Shown here piece by piece: positions 18,796 to 26,145 of a stretch of 64,000 bases of DNA. Under the pieces are notes generated by a model. It made no database searches. It was not told the DNA's origin and saw only the letters and a program-made list of their open reading frames with translations. The DNA is from Bacteroidales bacterium (lineage in GTDB: Bacteria; Bacteroidota; Bacteroidia; Bacteroidales; UBA12077): positions 2,998 through 66,997 of the forward strand of contig JAZBOG010000013.1 of the NCBI GenBank assembly GCA_036351015.1, written 5' to 3'. Every line of letters starts with the position of its first letter. Position 1 is the first letter of the stretch. A program made the translations under genes and the position numbers.

Positions 18796-20046
18796 ATGAA
18801 GATTCTCATTCGAAAACTTGAAGAAATAGCAGATGTTATAGCTGGTCAGTCGCCACCTTCAGTAACTTATAATGAGAAAGGAGATGGTTTGCCATTTTTT
18901 CAAGGGAAAACTGATTTTGGAGAAAAGCATCCCACAATAAGGATTTGGTGTTCAGAACCTAAAAAAATTGCACTCCCAAACGATATTCTGATATCTGTTC
19001 GAGCACCTGTTGGTCCTGTGAATATTGCAAATAAGAAATCATGTATTGGAAGGGGTTTAAGTGCAATCAGAACTAAAGAAGGTAATAGCATAGATTTCTT
19101 ATTTTATTTTTTAAAATCAAATGAAAGATTAATTGCAAAAAATGCATCAGGCTCAACTTTTAGTGCAATAACTCAAAAGGATTTAAAAGAATTAAAAATA
19201 CCAATCCCTGAAAAACTTAAAGATCAAATTCACATAGCCAATGTATTATCCCGAGCAGAAACATTAATTACCAAACGCAAAGAAAGTATTCAGTTACTGG
19301 ATGAACTTCTGAAATCTACCTTTTTGGATATGTTTGGTGATCCGGTTAGAAATGAAAAAGGGTGGGAGAAAAAAGCTACTATTTCATATGCTGATTGTAT
19401 TGTTCCTGGAAGAGACAAACCAAAAAGTTTTACTGGAGATATTCCGTGGGTTACTACTGATGATCTAGAACATTTATCAACAACAATAAAGTCAAAAAAG
19501 GATATTGGACTTTTAAGAGATGAAATAAAGCAAGTAAAAGCAAGATTAATTCCTAAAGACAGTGTTCTGATGACTTGTGTGGGTGATTTAGGAGTTATAT
19601 CATTAGCTGGGCAAGATATGGTAGTAAATCAACAATTACATTCTTTTCAGTGTAAAGAAGATATTAACAATAAATTCTTAATGTTTGCATTGTCTTATCA
19701 GAAAAAATATATGTACAGAAAAGCTTCAAAAACGACTGTTCCTTACATGAATAAGACTATATGCAATAGCATTCCAGTAATTAAGCCGCCATTGGAATTA
19801 CAAAACAAATTTGCTCAAATAGTTGAAAAAGTAGAAAAAATCAAAACCAAATACCAGGAAGGCTTGCAAGAACTGGAAAACCTGTATGCTTCGTTGAGCC
19901 AAAAAGCTTTTTCATCTGCCGGAAATTTATTGAAGGCAGGTAAAGGTGAGTTGGATTTGAGTAAGATGGAAATAGAGCAGGAGAGATTGGATATAGCTGC
20001 GGAAGAAGGAGTGGGGTATGGGAAAAAGAGTCATCTAAAAAAGTAA
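18796..20046 (+). CDS. hsdS: Type I R-M specificity subunit (two target-recognition domains)
   Basis: The ATG directly abuts the hsdM stop. There are two TRD-like halves separated by the conserved helical spacer (IANVLSRAETLITKRKESIQLLDELLKSTFLDMFGDP). The C-terminal conserved helix is FAQIVEKVEKIK...LYASLSQKAF. Confidence 0.9.
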   Translation: MKILIRKLEEIADVIAGQSPPSVTYNEKGDGLPFFQGKTDFGEKHPTIRIWCSEPKKIALPNDILISVRAPVGPVNIANKKSCIGRGLSAIRTKEGNSIDFLFYFLKSNERLIAKNASGSTFSAITQKDLKELKIPIPEKLKDQIHIANVLSRAETLITKRKESIQLLDELLKSTFLDMFGDPVRNEKGWEKKATISYADCIVPGRDKPKSFTGDIPWVTTDDLEHLSTTIKSKKDIGLLRDEIKQVKARLIPKDSVLMTCVGDLGVISLAGQDMVVNQQLHSFQCKEDINNKFLMFALSYQKKYMYRKASKTTVPYMNKTICNSIPVIKPPLELQNKFAQIVEKVEKIKTKYQEGLQELENLYASLSQKAFSSAGNLLKAGKGELDLSKMEIEQERLDIAAEEGVGYGKKSHLKK

Positions 20047-20047
20047 A

Positions 20048-20070
20048 AGGCTGCCATTTCTGACAGCCCT
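20048..20070. terminator. Hairpin between convergent hsdS and a small minus-strand ORF
   Basis: GGCTGCCATTTCTGACAGCC forms an imperfect 8-bp stem followed by CTTTTATTT. Confidence 0.5.
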
Positions 20071-20075
20071 TTTAT

Positions 20076-20219
20076 TTAACCTACTTTTCTATACTCTGTG
20101 TTATCACATTTTGGACAAGGTGGTAGTGTATCACTATCATCATCCAGTATTACTATTTGAAAACACTTTGTACATTGATACCTGCCTTTTCCAGGCTTCT
20201 CTCCAGTTCTGTAAATCAT
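20076..20219 (-). CDS. Small zinc-ribbon protein (47 aa), absent from the ORF track
   Basis: I translated it by hand as MIYRTGEKPGKGRYQCTKCFQIVILDDDSDTLPPCPKCDNTEYRKVG. The CxxC...CxxC arrangement resembles FmdB-type zinc ribbons. Confidence 0.5.
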   Translation of the reverse strand: MIYRTGEKPGKGRYQCTKCFQIVILDDDSDTLPPCPKCDNTEYRKVG

Positions 20220-20248
20220 TTTTTTTTTAAGATTTTAAAAGTTTAACA

Positions 20249-20416
20249 TTATTTTTCTTTCCGTACACCCTTAAATGGGTCTTCATCATGTTTTACATCC
20301 ATAAACTTACCATCTGGACCACGTTTAATCCAATGTCCATTAGGATGCTTAAACTGACTACGATCACGAACAGCTCCAACCCGGTGATTGTCACCGTATG
20401 GTTTATTTCTCGCCAT
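20249..20416 (-). CDS. Small basic hypothetical protein (55 aa), absent from the ORF track
   Basis: I translated it by hand as MARNKPYGDNHRVGAVRDRSQFKHPNGHWIKRGPDGKFMDVKHDEDPFKGVRKEK. The composition is more protein-like than the antisense 70-aa track ORF at 20288-20500. Confidence 0.45.
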   Translation of the reverse strand: MARNKPYGDNHRVGAVRDRSQFKHPNGHWIKRGPDGKFMDVKHDEDPFKGVRKEK

Positions 20417-21171
20417 TTTAATAGATTTTTCTCATCTTCTACAACCAGTAGGAGAAGACTAACCACCAAGGTCTTTTCTGTTCTTTTGATTTTTAATTAA
20501 ACTTTTCTTAAATTTGACTTGCACATTCAAAATGAAAAATTAATTAAGGCCAGGTCAAATTTCCTTGTAAAACGCACCTGGCTTTACTATATACAAAAAT
20601 ACCGCTTAATCCCTTTATTTCCGAGAGGTACAAAGCAAAAGTTTTCCACAAGGCACTATTTTAACTGCACTATTATCAATTAGTTATAATTATTTGTGTT
20701 AATTTTTAATAATCTATAACAACAACAAAATCAATATTTTATGACTTTTCTTTAAAACAAGCAATTTAAAACCCTTTAATACTCTTTTTATCAAGATCTT
20801 ATAACATATATGTGTTGAAAACTTCCTGATCAATTCAAAATTAAAGAATCATGAAATAGTAATCTTACAGTTTAAACTTCCTAAACCCGCATTGTTTTTT
20901 TAGATAAGTTTTGTAGTAAAAGTGGCTTTTACAAAGAATTAGTAGCTTAATGCTTTGTTGATTCAGTCAAACATTTAAAATATCAAATTTAGTTAATGAG
21001 TAAATTTGAATTATTAAAGATAATAACGTCTTTAATAACAAATGCTAAATACTTGGATATTAAAAAATAAAGATATAATTTCATAATTCCTGCCGCCCAA
21101 TTAGGGCATACATAAGAACGAAATTTGGATTGGAACCGGAGTGTTAATTTATTAATTAATATAAATATATC

Positions 21172-23121
21172 ATGAAAGTTCTTACTAAATCAAGATTTAA
21201 ATTAGGACTAGAATGTCCAAACAAGCTATTTTATACACAAAAAAAGGAATATGCCAACACGAAGGAGTTAGATCCGTTTCTTGAAGCTTTAGCCCAAGGT
21301 GGTTTCCAAGTTGAAGAACTCGCAAGAATGCATTACCAAAATGGAATCTTAATTGAAGGTAATGATGGAGACTATGAATATCTATGGAATAGAACATTAG
21401 AGTTGCTGAAACAAGATGATGTTATAATCTATGAAGCAGCATTTTTATATAATGAATTGTTTGTTCGAACTGATATCTTGGTAAAAAAAGGAAATAATAT
21501 TGAATTAATTGAAGTAAAGGCAAAATCATTTGATCCGAATGATGATAATATATTCATTGGCAAAAGAGGAGGTATGGTAAGTAAATGGAAAGCATACTTA
21601 TTCGATGTGGCTTTTCAAAAATATGTCATTCAGCAATGTTTCCCAGAATGGAATATTAATTCATTCATAATGATGGCTGATAAAACAAAAAAAGCGAGTA
21701 TAAATGGTTTAAATCAACTTTTTAGAATAAGCAGTAAAACGGATCATAGAACAGGTATTATAAATAAGGCTAATTCAATAGAAGATACTGGAGATTCAGT
21801 TTTAGGAAGAAAAAATATAACTCAAATAGTATCTGAAATTGAATCTGATAAGCACAAATATCATGATAATTTAACATTTATTGAATCAATAAATCTATTT
21901 AAGGATTTATATCTTAAAGATGAATATTGCAGTTGGCCAGCATCTTTTGGAGCTTGCAAAAATTGTGAGTTTAAAAGTTCGGATGATACGCTTAAATCAG
22001 GTTTTAAGGAGTGCTTTAAAAAACAGTTTAATTGGAGTGAATATGACTTTAATAAACCTAATATTCTAGATATATATGATTTTCGAAAAGGACATAAATT
22101 ATTTGCTGAAGGTATATTCTTTAAGGATGAATTAACCGAAGAAAAAATTGATCTAAAAACCGATCCTAAAAAACTTACTAATTCTCATAGACAATGGTTA
22201 CAAATTGAAAAAGAAGTAAGAAATGATAATTCCTTTTATATAGATAAAGATGGACTAAAGGAAACTATGAATGAATGGACTTTTCCTTTACACTTCATAG
22301 ATTTTGAGACCAGTGCAGTTGCGCTGCCTTTTAATGAAGGTAGAAAGCCATATGAGCAAATTGCTTTTCAATTTTCTCACCATGTATATCACAAAGATGG
22401 AAAAATAGAACATGCTAATGAGTACATAAACAATCAACCTGGTGTTTTTCCAAATTTTGAATTTATTAGGGAATTAAAAAAAGCGTTGGGAAATGATAAT
22501 GGTACAGTTTTCAGGTACGCTGATCATGAAAACAGCATTCTTAATGCAATTTATTCTCAATTACTAGACTCGAATGAAAGTGATAAAGAAGAGTTAATGA
22601 ATTTTATTCAAGACATATCACATTCAACCAAAGGAAATGCGATAGAATGGGAAGGGGCAAGGGATATGGTGGACCTTTGTAAAGTTGAGAAATACTTTTA
22701 TTATAATCCTTTTACAAAAGGATCTAATTCAATCAAACAAGTATTACCGGCTTCATTGAGTTCGAGTAGTTATCTACAAGAAAAGTATTCAAAGCCTATT
22801 TCACAAATCAACTTAACTAGTAAAAATTTTAGTAGTGATCATATATGGTTAAAAATAGAAAATGGTGCAGTAGAAAATCCATATAAATTACTTCCACCCG
22901 TATTTAATGAATGGAGTGATGATCAAGTTGAAAATGTATTATCAGAAATTGAAGATATTGCTGATGGTGGTGCTGCTCTTACAGCTTACGGCAAGTTACA
23001 ATATACCGATATGGAGCAGGAAGAAATTGATGCAATTACATCTGCTTTATTAAAATATTGCGAATTAGACACATTAGCAATGGTAATGATATATGAACAT
23101 TTTAAAGAAATAACCGAATAA
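21172..23121 (+). CDS. DUF2779-like protein: Cas4/RecB-like PD-(D/E)XK nuclease domain fused to a DEDD (DnaQ-like) exonuclease-like domain
   Basis: RTDILVKKGNNIELIEVKAKS gives the D...ExK motif. The Cys set C15 ... CSWPASFGACKNCEF...KEC is arranged like a Cas4 Fe-S cluster. In the C-terminal half, HFIDFETS gives DxE, YADHENSILNAI is HN-like and CELDTLAMV supplies an Asp. Confidence 0.75.
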   Translation: MKVLTKSRFKLGLECPNKLFYTQKKEYANTKELDPFLEALAQGGFQVEELARMHYQNGILIEGNDGDYEYLWNRTLELLKQDDVIIYEAAFLYNELFVRTDILVKKGNNIELIEVKAKSFDPNDDNIFIGKRGGMVSKWKAYLFDVAFQKYVIQQCFPEWNINSFIMMADKTKKASINGLNQLFRISSKTDHRTGIINKANSIEDTGDSVLGRKNITQIVSEIESDKHKYHDNLTFIESINLFKDLYLKDEYCSWPASFGACKNCEFKSSDDTLKSGFKECFKKQFNWSEYDFNKPNILDIYDFRKGHKLFAEGIFFKDELTEEKIDLKTDPKKLTNSHRQWLQIEKEVRNDNSFYIDKDGLKETMNEWTFPLHFIDFETSAVALPFNEGRKPYEQIAFQFSHHVYHKDGKIEHANEYINNQPGVFPNFEFIRELKKALGNDNGTVFRYADHENSILNAIYSQLLDSNESDKEELMNFIQDISHSTKGNAIEWEGARDMVDLCKVEKYFYYNPFTKGSNSIKQVLPASLSSSSYLQEKYSKPISQINLTSKNFSSDHIWLKIENGAVENPYKLLPPVFNEWSDDQVENVLSEIEDIADGGAALTAYGKLQYTDMEQEEIDAITSALLKYCELDTLAMVMIYEHFKEITE

Positions 23122-23123
23122 TT

Positions 23124-24131
23124 ATGCCAAAAAATAAAGAAGCACTCAAAAGATATAGAATTATACACAATGTCTTAAGAAGGGGTGGGAAGCACAAATC
23201 AAGCAGAATAATGGAGATCTGTAATGATGCAGGAATACCAGTTAAAATAAGAACAATTCAAAAAGATTTAGAAGATTTAGCGGAAGACACTGAATTAGGT
23301 TTTTTTCTTCCAATAAAAAAAGATGAGAGTTCCAAAACCTACTATTATGAAGAAATACCTGATTATATATTTCCATCGTTAGAGTTAGAGCCTGGCGAAA
23401 TAAATGCATTACTTTTTTATGCAAAAACAATTAGCCAGTATAAAGATTATCCTTTATTTAATGAAATATCAAAAGCAGTTCAGAAAGTACTAGAAAACTC
23501 AAATATTGCCCCACATACTAGAGAGTTATTTGAAAAAGAGACATTACTAGAAACAGAAAAACACCCTTCAATTGGTGGCATTGAGCTTATTGCAGACATT
23601 TTAGAAGCCATTACAACCAAAAGGGTTATTCAAGTAGATTATCAAAGATTTGATGACTTTATACGCAAACATGAAGTCAAACCAATTTTACTGAAAGAAG
23701 ATAAAAAATTATGGTATATAATTGGTTATAGCTTAGATAAAAATTCAATAATTACACTTGCTTTAGATAGAATAATTGATGTAACTGTCACAGAAAAGAA
23801 ATTCAGGAAAATAGAATTCAATAGCACAGAATATTTTAAATATTCATTTGGAATTACGGTTTTAAATCATGAACCTATTGAAGTTGTAATCTCATTTAAT
23901 CCTGAACAAGGAAATTACTTAAAAACACTACCAATACACTCAACCCAAACTATCTTATCAGATACAGATAGGGAATTTGTAATTTCAGTTAAAGTAATTC
24001 CATCATATGAGTTTTTCTCTAAAATAAGTAGTTATGGTGATCAAGCAACCGTAATTTCTCCAGAAACTATCCGCGATTATTTTATTGAGTCTATTACCAA
24101 CTCCTTAAAAAACTACGAATCAATACTATAG
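23124..24131 (+). CDS. WYL-domain transcriptional regulator (wHTH-WYL-WCX; BrxR/CapW-like architecture)
   Basis: It has an N-terminal HTH (RYRIIHNVLRRGGKHKSSRIMEICNDAGIPVKIRTIQKDLEDL), a WYL core (KKLWYIIGYSLDKNSIITLALDRI) and a C-terminal extension. The start lies 3 nt after the upstream stop. Confidence 0.85.
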   Translation: MPKNKEALKRYRIIHNVLRRGGKHKSSRIMEICNDAGIPVKIRTIQKDLEDLAEDTELGFFLPIKKDESSKTYYYEEIPDYIFPSLELEPGEINALLFYAKTISQYKDYPLFNEISKAVQKVLENSNIAPHTRELFEKETLLETEKHPSIGGIELIADILEAITTKRVIQVDYQRFDDFIRKHEVKPILLKEDKKLWYIIGYSLDKNSIITLALDRIIDVTVTEKKFRKIEFNSTEYFKYSFGITVLNHEPIEVVISFNPEQGNYLKTLPIHSTQTILSDTDREFVISVKVIPSYEFFSKISSYGDQATVISPETIRDYFIESITNSLKNYESIL

Positions 24132-24163
24132 TAAAAGAAACGAAAAATATTTATGATTTATTT

Positions 24164-24203
24164 ACATGGCGCAAGTACACTGCGCCATGTCGTATTTTCT
24201 TTG
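24164..24203 (+). terminator. Perfect 10-bp GC-rich hairpin with T-rich tail between the WYL gene and the Ubl operon
   Basis: ACATGGCGCA-AGTACAC-TGCGCCATGT (24164-24190) is followed by CGTATTTTCTTTG. It could be a terminator, an operator or both. Confidence 0.55.
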
Positions 24204-24239
24204 TAATGTAAAATTAGGTTTAATTTAAATTTTAGGACA

Positions 24240-24521
24240 ATGGTAACTAAAGAAAACAAAAATGATGCCCCAGGGCAAAACAAAGAATTTACGATTTATG
24301 TAAATGGAACGCCAGAAACATGGCATAGTAAAGAAATCTCATTCAGCGAAGTGGTATCACTGGCTTTTGAAAAACCACCTTATGGTGTAAATACGGAATA
24401 TCAAGTAGTTTTTTCAGAAGCATTGGGTCCATTAAAGGAAGGAACTTTGGCTGAAGGTCAAACGGTGCATATTAAAAAGGAAGGGACGCAATTCGATGTT
24501 AGCGCAACTGATAAGTCATAA
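24240..24521 (+). CDS. Small beta-grasp, ubiquitin-like (multiubiquitin-domain-like) protein
   Basis: The 93-aa product reads EFTIYVNGTPETWHSKEISFSEVVSLAF...YQVVF...GTLAEGQTVHIKKEGTQFDV, which fits my memory of the prokaryotic multiubiquitin domain pattern. It ends ...SATDKS with no terminal Gly. Confidence 0.65.
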   Translation: MVTKENKNDAPGQNKEFTIYVNGTPETWHSKEISFSEVVSLAFEKPPYGVNTEYQVVFSEALGPLKEGTLAEGQTVHIKKEGTQFDVSATDKS

Positions 24522-25674
24522 TGATGACATAAAACGACTATGGGATGAAGGACTTGTAATGGAAGAAAGAAATAGCTTCCTTATTATTCATAGAGTACCA
24601 TACTTAAATTCCAAAAAGGAAATTAAGTATGGTTCCCTTGTTTCAAACCTTCAATTGAGTGGATTTATAACAAATAAAAATCCTTCTCATACAGTATATT
24701 TTGCAGGAGAAATTCCATGCAAATTAAATGGAAAACCTTTTTCAATTGTGAATAATAGTAAAGCTTGTGAAATTGCTAATGGCTTTAAAGTTGACCATTA
24801 TTTTTCAAGTCTCCCTAAACCACATGGATATAAGGACTACTATCATAAAATGATGACGTATATTAATATGATATCTGCTCCAGCTAAAGCGTTAGATTCA
24901 TCAGTTACCGAAAAAGGTAAACAAATTCTTCAAACAGATGCAGAATCAGTTTTTAACTATATGGATACCAACTCTAGTAAACCAGAATTAAGTTTATTCT
25001 CTGAGTTATATAAAAACCAGAAAATTGGAATCATTGGACTTGGAGGAACGGGGTCATATATCTTAGATTTAGTAAGCAAAGTTCCTGTAAAAGAGATTCA
25101 TATCTACGATATGGACTGGTATTATAATAATAATGCGTTTAGGTCTCCTGGTGCGGCATCTATTAAAGATCTTTTAATCCCTAAGAAAAAAGTGGATTAT
25201 TACAAGGAAATTTATTCTAAGATGCATAAAGGAATCTTTGCACATCCTGAGAATATTACTTCAACTAATATTAATGAACTATTGAATTACCACTTTATTT
25301 TTTTAAGTATTGATAAAGGTGATATTAAAAAGGAAATAATTCAGTTGCTAGAAGAAAATAAAATCCCTTTTATTGATGTTGGAATGGGAATTTATAACAA
25401 TAAAGGTGCATTGACAGGTTTAATAAGAGTTACTACGGGGACACCAGAAAAAACAGATCATATCTGGAATAAAGGATGTATATCCTTTAAAGAAGGTCTT
25501 GATAATGAATATGACTCTAATATTCAAATAGCTGAACTTAATTCATTAAATGCTGCACTGGCAGTTATAAAATGGAAGAAACTGTTGGGATACTATCATG
25601 ATCTAACAAAAGAACATAATATGTTTTATCGAATTAATTCAAATAAAATGTTAAATGAAGAAACTGAGACATGA
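24496..25674 (+). CDS. E2-like domain fused to ThiF/E1-type adenylyltransferase
   Basis: The C-terminal Rossmann domain has KIGIIGLGGTGSYILD (GxGGxG), IHIYDMD, FRSPG and DVGMG. The N-terminal ~150 aa carry SHTVYFAGEIPC (H65-x9-C75), spaced like HPN...C of UBC enzymes. The ATG at 24496 overlaps the Ubl ORF by 26 nt; the next in-frame Met is at 24559. Confidence 0.8.
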   Translation: MLAQLISHNDDIKRLWDEGLVMEERNSFLIIHRVPYLNSKKEIKYGSLVSNLQLSGFITNKNPSHTVYFAGEIPCKLNGKPFSIVNNSKACEIANGFKVDHYFSSLPKPHGYKDYYHKMMTYINMISAPAKALDSSVTEKGKQILQTDAESVFNYMDTNSSKPELSLFSELYKNQKIGIIGLGGTGSYILDLVSKVPVKEIHIYDMDWYYNNNAFRSPGAASIKDLLIPKKKVDYYKEIYSKMHKGIFAHPENITSTNINELLNYHFIFLSIDKGDIKKEIIQLLEENKIPFIDVGMGIYNNKGALTGLIRVTTGTPEKTDHIWNKGCISFKEGLDNEYDSNIQIAELNSLNAALAVIKWKKLLGYYHDLTKEHNMFYRINSNKMLNEETET

Positions 25675-26029
25675 GTTTGTAGAGTTTATTCCTAAGGAAT
25701 TAGAAGATAATGTAATCTATATTTCGATTCGTTTCAAAACAGTAGTGCACAAATGTGCTTGCGGGTGTGGAAATAAAACTGTTACTAGGTTATCTCCAAC
25801 AGATTGGAAATTTACTTTTGATGGCGATTCTGTTACGCTTTATCCTTCAATCGGAAACTGGGGGTTTCCATGCCAATCTCATTACTGGATAACTAATAAT
25901 AAAATAGAATGGGCTGAAAGTTGGTCTAATAAATGGATATCTAGTAACAGAGAAACAGCCAAAAAAGAAAAAAGGAAATATTTCAAGAAAAAGAAAAGAT
26001 GGAATTTTCTAAAATCTATATTATCATAA
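25655..26029 (+). CDS. Zinc-ribbon protein, DUF6527-like
   Basis: The 124-aa product has HKCACGCGNK ... FPCQSHYW (CxCxC...CxxH) and a Lys-rich tail. It overlaps the E1 stop by 20 nt. Confidence 0.65.
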   Translation: MKKLRHEFVEFIPKELEDNVIYISIRFKTVVHKCACGCGNKTVTRLSPTDWKFTFDGDSVTLYPSIGNWGFPCQSHYWITNNKIEWAESWSNKWISSNRETAKKEKRKYFKKKKRWNFLKSILS

Positions 26030-26033
26030 AGAA

Positions 26034-26060
26034 ATCGTGAAATATATCACGATTTTTTTT
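26034..26060 (+). terminator. Intrinsic terminator closing the Ubl-E2/E1-Zn-ribbon operon
   Basis: ATCGTGA-AATATA-TCACGAT is a perfect 7-bp stem followed by T7, and it starts 5 nt after the stop codon. Confidence 0.75.
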
Positions 26061-26145
26061 AATGTTATGACTTAGAATACAGTAATTTAATTTGTGTTTT
26101 GTATTCTTATTAGTAACTTTAAATAAAATACAAATATGCCTAGTT

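Noticed and set aside
20288-20500. A 70-aa + strand ORF from the track.
   Set aside because: Its composition is junk-like (Thr/Ser/Phe/Arg runs). It is antisense to a more protein-like 55-aa ORF (20249-20416). Neither is proven, but the + strand call looks less credible.
20509-20585. A possible ~60-nt sRNA: a TAAATTTG box followed by the hairpin GCCAGGT-N20-ACCTGGC.
   Set aside because: The hairpin has a 20-nt loop and a weak U-tail, and there is no conservation or expression evidence. I mention it only within the non-coding-region finding.
20996-21070. A 24-aa ORF (MSKFELLKIITSLITNAKYLDIKK) in the 755-bp non-coding stretch.
   Set aside because: It is too short, its AT-driven composition is uninformative, and there is no supporting signal.
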